From Ramazzottius varieornatus (Eukaryota; Animalia; Tardigrada), in NCBI GenBank assembly GCA_001949185.1, contig BDGG01000020.1, positions 248,001 to 312,000 on the forward strand: a DNA stretch of 64,000 nucleotides, written 5' to 3'. Below, in pieces: positions 51,114 through 64,000 of this stretch (its first letter is position 1; each line of letters opens with the position of its first letter). Below the pieces are notes generated by a model that saw only the letters and a list, made by a program, of their open reading frames with translations, was not told the DNA's origin and ran no database searches. The position numbers were made by a program, and so were the translations under genes.

Positions 51114-52666
51114 GTTTTCTGTTTTTGACTAAAGGAAAACGTGCGTTTCTCGTTTCGATCGTCTCGCTCGCCATTCTGACCTACGGTATTACTCTCAGCA
51201 AGGAATCTTTGAAGAAACTTCGCAATCCCGCATACCATTCTGGCTTCGAAGAAGGCCTGCAACCTGTCGAAGATAGACTCGGGTAGCGACCACTGGCGCA
51301 GTCCAAGGACCGCAAGAGCACACTGCTTGGCGACGCCAACCGCGGCGCATTCGTGAACTGGCTCATCCAGCTTTCGACACCGAGGTATCATTGTGAACTT
51401 CGGTGTCCCGCCTTCGAGTTCGAATTTGGTCATCATGTGGAACTTAAGGCAAACAAAGTCGAGAAGGTAGATTCTCCAAGTGGCGCACGACTTCATCCAG
51501 TGACACCTGAAACGTGCGCAACTTGGGAAGACCGTCTTGCCGAGTTTGGTTGCGGAAATCCCATATGATTTAGCTGGACGCTGGTGGTGTTAGTCTCATG
51601 TTGAACTGTTCTGCGACGTTGTCAGTTGTGACTTACGTGATCTGCAAGTCGGACAATGGGACTAACTCGCGCAAAAGTGCCTCGTTTTCTTCCCATAGAC
51701 TCCTGTGGCTCGCTTTCTTTCTCATTCGCTTCCCTTTCAGGTTCGATTCTGCGGACATCGAGTGAGCCACAATGGGCAAGACGGATCGCACTGTACGTTC
51801 GGATAAGACGAGTGAACTGATGACCCTTCTGCATTGAGCCCGCTCTCCATCACAATCGAAAAGAACGAAAAGAACAAACCCAAAGACATCACCAACAATC
51901 AGAATGTCGTTATGACCGCCCTCTTATGCCGATGGAATACACCAACATCAAGTCCAAAGATCACCGTCAAAGTGGAAGCAGCGCACGCTGTTGAGGCAAG
52001 CCTTATCAGAGATGTAAGACTAAAGCCATATGAATCTTCCGAAGTTCAGTCCTCCGTTTCCGAAATGTTCAACGAGTGGTTTCACGAGTTTTCTAGCCTG
52101 TGTTTGAGGCGGATAATGACAAGATGACGGTCGCACCCATCCACGATCCGCCCGTCGCCCAGATCGCGGCGCCGTCAACCGCTGAACCACCTGCAGCCGT
52201 CACTGCTGACAGTGCTCCACAAGAATCCGCGCCAGGTGAGCAGCAACCTTGCCAATCTTATCCAGTTCCTCGTGCATGAGGATCTTTTAGGAAATGGCAG
52301 GCGAGTACCATCGCAGCGCACTGTCGTGGTTAAGCGCAAAGCTCAAGACGCAGCTTGCAATGAAAAAGAGCAGGAACTGAAGAAGCCGAGAGAAGCGAGG
52401 AAGAAGGATCGACCAGCACCCGGGCAGGTAGCTTGAAGGTTATGGAAGTTTCGTTAAATATGGACCTGGAGGAACTTTTCCCTTCCAGCACCGTTCTTAA
52501 GGCATCCGGTTCTTCCAACACCCCGTTTCATGTTCTGATGATTCTGTTTTGATTTCCAGAAATGGAGGCGGTTGATGAGATCGTGATCACGAAGAAACCT
52601 AGTAAGACTGACAAACGAAGTTGGAGCTCACATTTTGACCGCAAAAATGTCAAAAGCTCCAAGTGA
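51114..52666 (+). pseudogene. Uncharacterised exon-like segments (one hydrophobic, rest low-complexity), probably decayed
   Basis: AG/GT-bounded segments such as ~52098-52235 (PVFEADND...QESAP) and ~52291-52427 join in phase, but in-frame stops occur (e.g. TAG 51284-51286) and no family is recognisable. Confidence 0.35.
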
Positions 52667-52903
52667 TGCTCTAATGTCGTCCTCATAACGGTAGAAAGAG
52701 TCAGTCAAGCGTACAGTGTAGAACGTTCGCAGTACTATTCAAGGACCTTTCTGTGTAACGTCTTGGCTGAATCTGACCACCACACGCTGTCGTGCAACCA
52801 AAACACCTCTAGAATCGCCTCTGCGGTTCTATGCTAGCGCAGACTGTATTTTAGATCTTACCACAATAGAAAAACATATACAGGAATAATATTTCGTTCG
52901 TAG

Positions 52904-53507
52904 GGCGAGGCCGAAAGAGGCGCCCTCTTGGTGGAAGACGCAAGACTGCCAAGAAGAACGGCGCTGCCAAGCAGAAACCAGCTCCTGCAGCCAAAACTCG
53001 TGCGAAGAATCCAGCACGATCTCCGGTTATTCCACCTGTTCCGGCGACAGTACTCGGCCTGGTGGACGTTGACGGTGTCCGTCGTTCGGCCCGTCTTGAA
53101 CAGCACCAAGCAGCTCGGGGTTCTGTCGTAGACTGCAATCCTCCTCGCCAGAGTGCGACGAAAGCTCTGCCTAACACGAATCAGCATGACCAAACCATAC
53201 TTGAAGGTAAAAATGGCGCGTAGAAGAGCGCACCCATAAAATAGCCGAACCGCCCATAAAACCGGCGGCGAGGAGTGTCCGCACGATGTCGAAGAAAGGC
53301 AAAGCGGAGGTCCCTGCTATTGCGGTGCCGAAAGGAGGTCGAGCGCCATTCAAGAAGGTAGCTGCAAAAGGCAAAAAGTGTGGCTCGATTCAGTCGCGTA
53401 TGTCGCAGAGACATGCTGTGCGCATGTTATCGGGATCGGTCGTTAGGTTCTTAAGTGGGCCAGTCCCAAAAACTTTCTCTCATCGACGTTACGCCGAAGG
53501 AAACTGA
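52904..53507 (+). other. Basic K/A/G/P-rich disordered reading frame with RRSARL motif; gene exon or pseudogene
   Basis: After acceptor TTCGTTCGTAG: GRGRKRRPLGGRRKTAKKNGAAKQKPAPAAKTRAK...GVRRSARLEQ...; TAG at 53221 and a frame change before MSKKGKAEVPAIAVPKGGRAPFKKVAAKGKK. Confidence 0.55.
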
Positions 53508-54002
53508 ATACCATGAGCGACTAATTCCAGTAGTAAGACTAGATTACTTGTCGGCGAGATCTCGATAAGCGAGCCTTCTGTTGTCCGTGATTCCGCTCTA
53601 ATACGATTGGTAACCTTTACAATCACTAGAATTCTTCGATAATATCATAAATGTGACCGCCGGTAAAGCACCTCTTCTGTTTTACTCTTGTTTTCGTTTT
53701 TTACAACTCGTTTTCAAATTCTGCTTCACACGTTTCAGTTAGAGTCAAAGATTCTGTTTTGTTCTATACGGTCTTCTGACTTTTCTGGCTTCTGCTGGAT
53801 TTTTAGAGGCCTTTTTACGGATGGAAGTTTCGGAAATTCGATCGTTCAAAGTTGCCTGGGAAGAGGTCCGGCTGAACAATATTCCATGTTGTCGTTATGA
53901 CCTTCGACGGTTGTGCGCGAACTTTGCTCGAAAGTACTCCACTGCGTTGTGAGATCATACTGTGTTTGGTCGCTGTTGTATTCGCAAACCACATCGCCAG
54001 TC

Positions 54003-57000
54003 ATGTTCAATGTTCTGGATCGTCTCGACAAGGTTCGTAAGGAATTTCCCAAGAAGTACCAACGCATAATCGATCGGCTAGATGAAATCCGACGTTCAGG
54101 TGCAACAGGTGCTGTATCGGATCGCGAAAACGACGAAGGACCTGACACCACTACCGAGAACTACGCATACTTGGCCAAAGTTCACAAGGCTACCGATGAT
54201 TTCTTTTCGCGGCTCGTTACCGTTGATCGCAAGAACGAGGACTTCTGGCGAAATGTCGGCGTACTGTGGACAGGTCGTACTGAGCTTGATGATTTACCCC
54301 AGTCGAAAATTCCACCTCGACCCGAGGAAGAAGCCTTAATCAGAACGATTCTTCTGTCAGCTCATCCCAAAGACACGTTCAAGCTGATGCTGGAGTTCAA
54401 TCACCCACAAAAGATACTGCACAAGCTGTTGTTGTTTCACGATAAGCGATCGTTGCTGTATGGTGTGCGGGCAAAGTTTGGTTTGCCTTTGGGAACACAT
54501 CTGACGCCTAAGCAGAACTTCTTCGCGAGAGCCAGCTTGGCTGGCAGCTCGACCATGAACATTCACGGCAAGCATCAATACCACCACCATCATCACCAGC
54601 ACAACAAGGAAAAACAATTGTTGTCTAATCGGGGCAGCTTTGTGGAACGTTTGGTCAACCATGCGCCACATGTGAACGACTTCAACGAAGACGCTACGAT
54701 CAGGGATCTTCTTGGTAAGAATAACAACCGGACCGACGTATTAGCTTCGACTTTGAGCTCGTTGCTCTTTCAACCAGGCTTCAAGGCATTTTCAGGTACA
54801 TCGGTCTTTCCAGCGAAGAAACGGAAGTGTTCAGATCATCTTCGTCAATTTCTAACCAGAGCGACAAGAAATCCCTGCGAAACGCTAACTCCGAAATCTC
54901 TCGTTGCGATGATACATTGTCCGCTTTCGTTGAGCCCAAGAGTACGAGCAAGGTGAGCTTCAAGGGGGAAACCAGAGACAGGGGTTCGTCGTCATCGTCT
55001 TCCAGCAGCAGCAGTAGCAGCAGCAGTAGCAGCAGCAGTAGCAGCAGCAGTAGCAGCAGCAGTAGCAGCAGCAGCTCGGACGAAGAAAAAGAGAAACAAG
55101 GAGGAGACGGTAACCATCAGGAGCCAAATTCTTAAGAGTTCGTTGAAGGCATCACCCGCTGGAGTGTTGCTGAGCTAATTGATTGAACTAAACAGGATTT
55201 TAGAATGCTTGGTGTTTTCCTCAGTGGGTGGAGAGGATGGCGCAGACACGGGAGGAATGGATCAGTACCGACTTCAGCGTCTCAAGATCATCTTCGAAGA
55301 GTCCGACACCGACGACGAACCCGGTCTGGACATCAATGAGTTCAAACAGGCCATGAAGAAGATCATGGGCGAGGACGTGACGGACCGCGAGATTGAGCTG
55401 ACGTTCATGAAAGTGGACGCTAACTGCGACGGCAACGTCGACTGGAACGAGTTTTTAGAATTCACGTTGAGAGAGTTTCAAGAACGGGACTTGATGACCC
55501 AGCTGACAAAAGATGCCTTCTTCGAGGTGACACCCACTGTCATTCCGGCCACGAAGAGTCAGGAGATCCGGGCGCTGGTATTCGTAAGACAGAAAGGATT
55601 CGGAAAGAGTGTACAGGATCTGACTAATGGACGATATTACTCCCTCAACGTGTAGGTTCAGCTTCTCAGGTAATACTTTTCTATTCGTATGTGCGTCAAT
55701 ATTTTGGTGATGTTTTCCAGGGATGGGCAGGTTTTTTGTTGGACAGCAGATTTCAAGAAGATCGCCGCGTTCGAGCTGATTTTGGACACGCGAGGTATCA
55801 ATGCATACGTTCACGCAAATGACCTAGTGGCTATTCCAGAAATCAAGACGCTTGTCGTAAGTACGTCTTTTATTCACGGGTTCGAACTGCTGCAATACGG
55901 CCGAGCAGTATGTTGCATCGTGACTTTTCGATAAGTTTAATTTGTAGGTTTCACGATCAGTGAATTACATTTCTACAGTTACGACGATACCAAGCTGGAC
56001 CTGGTCTTTAGCATTAGCAGCTTGAAGAGTCCGGTTCTGTGCATGCATTACTGCTTCAATGATCTGGAGAGCGTGCTGCTGCTGGGGGATCAGATGGGCC
56101 AAGTCGGAGTGATTCGCTTCCGGAACCTTCAGTACGAAGGATTGTGGGGTAGTTTGGCCCTTCCGCATTCCAATAACCCTAAAGTACCATGGAGTACATT
56201 GAAGGGCCGGAACTCTGCGTTCTACCTGAAAGACATTCGCGGAGCGGACTGGATTAACCAAGTCAAGTTCTTCCCTAACCTGAACGCAGTATGTACCAAA
56301 CTTACTTACCAGTCTCAACCTTATGCCGTTTGTCCATCTGAAATCTCAGTGTTGGTTGCCTGAAGGTGATATCCTGCAGTCTGGACCCCAAATACTCGAT
56401 GTGTGTCGTACCGTTCCATAAACAGCGCGATCCGATCTACTTTGCCCATAAAGAAGGTTTCAACTGCTTCGACTATAGGTATGCAATCTCGTTCCGCTCA
56501 TGCCATGAAAATTAAAATAGCATCACGGAGAAATCTTGCACATCCTTACGAAATGAGTTATACTGGGTGTTCGACGAGTTTTAGTTCTTAGGAGTGATTT
56601 CGCTTCGATTTATTCCCAAATATTCTTGATTCAGAAAAGCACAGGCCATACAGTATTCTTGTCTCCGGTACTCTGCTGAGTCTTTGATAGTCTGCATGAT
56701 TTGCAGCGATTTCCTGAACGTAATCGTAACTGGCAGCAAGAACCGCTCCATTCAAGTCTGGAATCAGGACAACGTCCTGACGCCTACCGGCCACTTCGAC
56801 GGTCACGAGGGGCCTATCAACAAGGTGGTGGTCTACAAAGACGCGGACTTTACGGTACTAATCAGCGTTGACGCCCTTCACGTGTTAAAAGTGTGGGACT
56901 TCAAGGACCAAGCCTGCCTTCAGTCTTACGACGCCAAAGCTGACATCCTTCCCCACCACTCCACCATGTTTTTGATCTACAATACCCTGTTGGAACACGT

Positions 57001-60000
57001 CGTCTTAGGAGCCAGGTATGGAGAAAACCGTAATTCGTATCGAAAGCTTCAGCGCAGTTGATTACCCAGTGAAATTTATTGCTGTAAAAGTAAGAAAGCT
57101 GCTGGATTAGTTTCGTCGAACTTCGGATATCAGCTACTGTATTCCCTTAAAAGTTCTGCGCAGTCACATGACAGGTCCACAAAATAATCCCCGGGACTAC
57201 TGAATGAACTATGACCACCCGCGGCCTGATTTATCGGCCGGTCATGTAACTGCGCAAAAATTTCGAAGGAATACTGTTTTCCCCTAACTCAGTTGGTCTG
57301 TCTTCAAAGTCCTGGAAAAGGTCATCATGGGGGTGAGAACAATCGGAATGTGCAGAAACGGGGAATAGACTACGCTCTCTTCAGCCAGACGTTGTGAAAG
57401 TATTGCAAAGGGAAACCAAATGAAGGGGAGTGTTCGATCTCATATATGATATCGTCCCTCGCAAGATACTTTCTGGCTTTCGCGGTAAATTAGATGAAAA
57501 CCAGCACAGGAATACTCCAAAAGACCCCGGTAACCGGGAAGCTAGTCTGGCAGAAATTGTGTCTTCACACGATAATGCACAAGAGCTGGACTCGTACAGA
57601 GGGTGCTGCTAGTTGCAGTGACACACATTGCGAACAACTTTGCAGCGGATGAGCTTGCCAGTTTTGCCCATGGTTAGGCCTATGCCAATGATCTCTAATC
57701 GACCATGTTCTTCAGAGACTTTCTGGTGCTGAAAAGGGTTAGTCGGACCAAGAAAGGACCTGTGGACCCTGTACAGAAGACACACGCCCAACCAATCGTC
57801 GGTACGTTGTACAACGAGCTTTTCGAATGTGTGGTAACGTCATGTTTGGAGTCGACCATCATGGTTTGGAACGTCCAGACCGGTGAAAAGATTATCCAGT
57901 TTAGGAACGCCCACACCGTGGAAGAGAACGGCAAGACCGTGCAGATCCCCATCAAGAGCATGTGCTTCGACGCCAACCAAAGACGACTCCTCACCTGTGC
58001 CTCGGTATGAGAAGAAGCTCTACAGTAAAATGAAAAATTGATAATCCTACGGGTCTTGAAACGTTCAAGCATCGCTAGTATAGATCCAGTTATTCTTTCA
58101 GTACTCGCATGATAAGAAATTACGGGACAGTAAAAATTATGGGAAAGGCGGAAACGACGGCAAAATGGAAATTCGACCGCAGAAAATTGTCGAAAAGTGT
58201 ATCATTGTGAACAGACTGTGAATCGGTCGCGTACATACGTGCTTCCATACCGCCGTGGCGAAAAGGCCCGTCCCATAATTTTCCATCGTGCGTGTACACT
58301 TTAACCGTTAAGTGGTTCCACAAGACTTTCTGGCACGGTTTTCAAAAGGCCACAGTTTGAAATGCCACTCTTCTGCAGGATGGTCTGGTGAAATTTTGGA
58401 ACTTCAACAACGGTGCTTGCCTTTCCTTCTTCGATCACCTCCAAGACGTCGATCTACACGTAGTTCGATACCAGAAGAACCGCGACCTGGTCATCGCAGC
58501 CGGCTGGAACAAGCACGTTTTCATGGTACGGGATACCCGTGGCGAAGACGACATCGATGAAACCGTGTATGAATGGGAGAAACACCACAGGTCTGACATC
58601 ACTGCGCTCGAGCTGATCTACGGACCCGACGACGATGAAGAAGGATCTTCTTCCTCTGAAGAAGCTTCGAGCTCGATGTCGAACATTGAAAATACAGACT
58701 CACTCAAGAACACAAAATCTAAAGACCAAGGCAGTCAGACAACGCTGTCGGTGTCGTGTGACGACATAAGTTTGACTGCAGAAGAACGGGAGGCAATCAA
58801 GTCGTTCGTGTCCATCATGAATTCAGACGACGATGAAGACGAAGTCGAAGGCAAAGACGAAGAGTTAGATGCACTACAGCCTTTCGTTTTTAATGTCGAA
58901 TCGGAAACGTTCGGATCCCGAGCTCGCGGAGCTGGTCCGTCGTATGCCGATGTGGGGTGTAACACCAGCTGTGGGTTATTTTCGGTAACGGACTTTTCAG
59001 ATGTAGATCTGACGATGGTGAGAAGTACGAGTACAGGACAGCTGGAAGAAAGAGATGACGCTGAAGGGGATAACGGGAAAGGTAGCGGTGACGAAGGTGA
59101 TGAAGGAAGTGGAGAAGACAGTGGCGAAAGTGGGGACAGCGAAAGTAGCGGGGCAGAGGAAAGGCAAAAGCTGTCGGATGATGGGTCCTACATTGTGACA
59201 GGGTGCGCCGATGGCGAACTGATAGTCTGGTATGTCTTCTCGGGAGAACCGATTTGCTTTCTAAACACCGATGGATGTCCCTTTGCACTGACGAAGCAAG
59301 CGAGGGCTGAGTACGCGGCGTCCACTGTGGTGGATTTCCCGAAAGTCGAAATGAAAGACAGCGGAAGTATCGAGGTATGGTAAACTAACATGGCTTGCCA
59401 ATTGTGGAAAAACGGCAAATGGTTTCACCAATAGCTGATTGTGGATATTCCCGTACCATTGTGGCCATTAAGAACTCCTCAGTAACTTGTTGTTAATATC
59501 TCTGGTCAACGAATTACCGACAACAGCTTTCTGTAGAACTTTCTGACGTTACAAGTTCCGAATCACCAAAAGAGCCTCCAGCGCCCAAAAGCCTTTCCCG
59601 ACCACGAAGACCTCATCCAAGTCCCGAAGATCGCTCCCCAAGCCCGCAATTGCATCACGGCCATACTGATCCTCCGTAACCGGGTCTTCCATGATGGCAA
59701 GACTGCGTCCGTCCTAACCTCATCCACCGACGGTTTCATCCGTGCGTGGTCCATCGAGTTCACTTCCGGTGGTCTGCTGGGTCTCTTCTACGCCGCACAC
59801 GAGTTCGACTCCTTCGTTACAACCATGTGTACCGATGAAAAGAACCAAATTCTCTTCACTGCTGATACACGCGGGTAAACCGGCGTTTTATATTGACTGA
59901 TTTGCTCGTAATAAGCATTCAGTTCGTTTCAAGATACATCAAGATTTGGCTACTGTGCGAATGGATGCAAACACCGCGCCACCTGGAGAACCATCGTCAT

Positions 60001-63000
60001 TGCATCGATCTACGCAACTTTCCCTTCATCAAGCATCGAAAGATCTTCGCCATGCTGATCGCTTTTCGATCTAACTACATGATGAAGAAGGCTGTCGAGG
60101 TCTTACCGCAAACACAACGTGGGCTGTACAAGCAACCGGTCATTTTGAATTCCTTCAGAGGCCACTTGCAGCGAGTTACGCAAATTCAAGTGGTGTTCGG
60201 GAAGAAAATCATTATCACGGGATCGGAAGACTGTTCGGTTCGGCTTTGGCATTTCTCCGGCCTTTACATCGGCGTAAGTCTTTCCAGGCAGTGTTCGGGT
60301 AACACGATCGCAGTGAGCTGTCCTTTGCAGACATTGGGACAAGAAGCCGCTTTTAAAAACGACACCAGGCCGACGGAAGAGCTTCCTGGAGATGAATCAT
60401 CCCACACGGTATCATCCCTCAAGGCTTCCAATTCCGCCAACTCAGCATCGCTTCCCGTCGAAGACAGTAACACCTCGACTGTTGAAGTTAAAGTGGCCGA
60501 CTTCCTCCATGAGGACGAAGACCCGAACAAGGTCCTGCTCAAGCCCAAAGTCGTCATCCCCCACGACATAGCTGAGAAGGGCAGTCTGGCTACCCTTCAA
60601 GTGTTGTACAGTGATAGGCACAAACGGACGATCATCCCGGCTTACATCGAGGAAGCTGAGCAAGGTAATCTGGCCTATATGATTTACGAAGACACACGGG
60701 TAATATCTTCGGGTTGTGACAGGGAATGCCGTCACGGAGAGCACAAGTCAAACTGCGTGGTTCGAATCCAAAGAAGACTACATGGAGGCGTTGGGTGAGT
60801 TGGCTGTCGAGAAGAACAAGTTTGAAGAGCTGAAGACGGCGCCTGTGAGGTTTTACGGAGACCCGCATGCTGCGGAGACTAATCAAGAGGGAACCTACGA
60901 CGAAGAAACGCTGATCTTCAACCAACAACCGCTGCAAGTAGTCGAACCTGTCGGCGGACTGGAAACGCTCATACCTAAAAACCTTTACGGATACCATTTA
61001 CACAAGGTAAGATATGCATCTGTTCCTGTGTTCCTAAGTTTTCATTCTGGCTGTATGTGGTAGGTTCAGGAAGAGCTACTGGACATGTTGCCGGTTGAGC
61101 TCAGGAAGCCCTACGTTGAACTGAAACAAGCTGGGCTGTTGATAGGTGCAGCTCTGGAAGAACTGCGGGCGGTTATCCAGCAGCGGCAGCAGAGCCTAGC
61201 TAGGCCGAGAATGACTGCTATGCCAAAGAACCGCAACATGGAGAAGCGAGTGCGGATGAAGGGAGTCGCCAAGTCCGTCACCAATGATCAGAAAAAATCG
61301 AAAATTCCGAAAAGGTCTGGACATACCGATCGACCCTCGGGGCCTACTGCTGGAAGAGGAGACTCAGTACTGACGTACGATCAAAAAGGTATACATGAAG
61401 GGGTTGGTAGAAATAACTGTAGAAAATTTCCGCGGCTATCCTTACTACGCGCGTGCCTGCAGGAGCGCGAGGGACATCAAAGCATTGCAGGATGTAAAAC
61501 TTAAAGTGTCTGAAAGTTGATCAATCTTAACCTTTTTTTCATTTGTGGTAGGAAGTGCAGCAGAAGGAACTGCCGGTGACCGTTTTCGCAGTACCGTCCT
61601 TCAGGTTTTATCTCGCAAAGGTACAAAGAAGCGCCAAGATGCCAGCGGGGACCAACGGAACGTCACCACGCTCGCCTACGTATCCACAGCCTTTCGTACA
61701 TCATCCAAAGTCTCTGGTTTGCAGCCTAACCAAGCCGATAACTACAAGGACGAGGAGGATCAGACCGGTCGACAAAGTGGTACACAGTCGATGCCCGACA
61801 AAGGCGACACCGATGAGCAGAAGCGAAAGTCAACTGGACTCAGGGATCGTGCGTCTCAAGAGCGGATCTCAACCAGGACTTCAGTGGTGGATTACAACCA
61901 GGACTTCCTCAACGCTGATCGGATCGACATTGGACAACTTCGTGCGTCGGAGGAAGAGTTTGCGGAAGACTTGATGAGGGAACAAGAACGGAATGCCAAG
62001 TTTGATTACTTAGCTTTGCTGGAAGGTTCGTGCAAAAGTTCTTAGTGTAAAGTTGACGCTGAAGATACACGACAACGTCCACGTTTAGATGTTTGCTCAT
62101 TACGTATTTTGAACTGGTCTAATAGCGTAGATTTACGAAGTTTTACGTGGTTTATGGTGAAGTCTTTCTGATGCTGTAGGTGGCATGGCTAGACCAAGTC
62201 AGATCGATCAATATATGCCAATCGTGCAGAACGACGGGGAATTGTTCAACGAGATCAAACCGATGCTGCGATCCAGAAACCTCTTTGACGTCCGACCAAG
62301 TCGTCCCTTTAGGAAAAAAGTCACAGTTAGGGGGGCCAAGAGTGTCAGCTCCATGGACCGGATCCAAAGAGTCTTCAAGGTGAAAATGACTGATCAATTC
62401 CGTATCAAGTCGGAGTATTTAAAACTAGTGTTGTCTCTCAGTTGATATCAACCGTACTTAGCAAAGTACGTTAGTGTGGACCAGAAAACTCTGTAAAAAT
62501 ATTCACCTTTCGATTTTCACAGGTACCCGATTTCAACGGCGAAGTACAGGCGAAGGACATGTCGAAAGAGCTCCACCTCACAGTCCCTCCCGCTCCCCGT
62601 CGTCTTCCCAGTGTCATAAAAGGCCAATTTCGTAACGGTCAACGCAAATCTTCATTTTATAACTTCCACGAGCTCGATGAAGCGCCCAGTCCACTCGGCG
62701 GAACACAGCTATGGGGCGACCAAGAGTCGTTAGCTATCTTCAACCTTGACGTACAGGTACTGCAGACCCATATCAAGACACCGGCTTTTCCAGATCCAGA
62801 ATCTCCTGAGAACGCGAAAGACCAAAAGAAGGGCAGCAAGAAGGGAGAAACGACTGATATCAGCAAAGCCTTACATCAACGCGAGAAGGTTCTTCCCAAG
62901 CAGCGACCCTTTACTAACCGGTATATTTACCGACAGTTGTCCGATTCGGTCATACATCAGCCTGTACCAGGTGAAGCTCGTCTCGACGAACTGGTTGTGG

Positions 63001-63266
63001 GGTTGGACGCATTTGTGGAATCGAGTAAAGGTCATAAAGAGCGGGAAGAAAAGTCGAAGAGAGAAACAAGCAGGCTTAATCAGGAGCTACACGAAACCCA
63101 GAGAAGAAGTCACCAGGCTTCGAAGGCCAAATCAGCCGCGAAAAAGAAACAGGAAGCTATGGTGAGAGGGATACCTTCTGACAGATCTTTCAGTGATTTG
63201 AGTAAAATGTTGGATGAGGTGGACTCGGTTGAGATGGAGTTTGTGCAAGAAAACTTGGCAATGTGA
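54003..63266 (+). CDS. EF-hand + WD40 repeat protein (WDY/WDR49/WDR64-like); 5' structure uncertain
   Basis: EF-hand pair (LDINEFKQAM...FMKVDANCDGNVDWNEF), multiple WD repeats (VTGSKNRSIQVWN, GHEGPI, LKVWD, VKFWNFNNG, GHLQRVT...TGSEDCSVRLW), long charged C-terminus. Confidence 0.85.
55004..55076 (+). repeat. Coding AGC/AGT microsatellite (poly-Ser)
   Basis: (AGCAGCAGCAGT)n run within ORF 54827-55135. Confidence 0.9.
57137..57276. mobile_element. Small MITE (~140 bp), possibly Tc1/mariner-type
   Basis: Imperfect ~36-bp TIR C(T/A)GTATTCC...TGCGCAGT(C/T)ACATGAC; TA on left flank, TT on right. Confidence 0.6.
58104..58294. mobile_element. MITE family B, diverged copy
   Basis: Colinear with 19738-19938; GTA|...|TAC flanks. 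Confidence 0.8.
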
Positions 63267-63695
63267 TGATGGAATTCATTTGTCGTGGGCTTTCATCCTG
63301 CCTGCAAGTGAATAGTTTGTTTGCAGCAGGTGCCCTACATGGACAAAATCGGGTCTTTTTGGTCTTCGTTGTTAATAGTTCGTAATAGCTAGTTTTAATT
63401 AGGTTGTACGTTTCGATCTACTCAGGCTAGGCCAGTCTGGTATTAGTAGTATTGTGTGAGTTACCATTCAATTGGTAAGTGCAAACAGGCTTGGCAAGAA
63501 GGTCCGGCTGATTACTTGTTTCTGTTCGATAGTCCTGGTACCAGTCTGCAGTTCTTTGTTCTTGGCCAATGCAGTGGAACGAATCGTGTGAGATTATAGC
63601 GAGGATGGTACTGATAGCTCCGCATAACATGCACTAGCCTTTCCGATTGTTCACGTTCTACTTGGCTCGTCAAGGAGTCCACGTATCGCAAGATC

Positions 63696-63855
63696 TGGGC
63701 TCTGGGCAAAGTTCCTCAGAAGTCTGGGGTCATGGTGTAGAGGCAAAGTCGAGGAAATTTGGGCAAGGGCCAGGGTAACTCAAGGGCGAGGGCCGGGGTT
63801 TGCCATGTGGAGGCCGACAATTCTTAAGAAAATCCCGAAACCCTCGCTTGCCCTT
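63696..63855 (+). repeat. Dispersed repeat, copy 2 (unclassified)
   Basis: Matches 36737-36897. Confidence 0.8.
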
Positions 63856-64000
63856 CTCAAATTTCGTCAGCTGTGCCTCTACGATATGACCCCAGACTTT
63901 TCCGGAACCTTGGCCACAGCCCATCTATTGTCGGTTTGTGGATCTGGCTGGCCCCAGCTCTCGGCGTCATGGATTTGGACAACTGTGGATGGCTGTGGGC

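Noticed and set aside
63427-63924. Short minus-strand ORFs at the window end
   Set aside because: Overlap the dispersed repeat or lack any motif; cannot be judged without downstream sequence.

Overview
Gene-dense eukaryotic (animal) genomic window with short spliceosomal introns; the compact layout is reminiscent of a small ecdysozoan such as a tardigrade, which is inference only. Recognisable intron-containing genes: a two-domain Ly6/uPAR-type secreted protein, GPANK1, two MS4A/CD20-like membrane genes each followed divergently by a decayed BTB(-BACK) gene, an SVOP-like MFS transporter, transaldolase, NRBP1/Madm pseudokinase, an M14B carboxypeptidase with a Thr-rich tail, HADH, EFTUD2/Snu114 and a large EF-hand+WD40 (WDY/WDR49-like) gene, plus tRNA-Cys(GCA). 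Mobile DNA: a decayed Helitron (Rep + PIF1 helicase + OTU + probable OB-fold remnant), at least six hAT-type MITEs with 8-bp target duplications (one triple nested) and a pogo/Tigger-derived MITE family with its longer parent derivative. Features the ORF track misses: a two-exon invertebrate defensin gene, two U37/SNORD37-like C/D snoRNAs in EFTUD2 introns, a basic disordered reading frame carrying an HMGN/Dsup-like RRSARL motif, and about 16 copies of a palindromic element whose conserved arms are separated by a sequence-variable but length-fixed 25-nt spacer. Exon boundaries were read by eye and may be off by a few bases.
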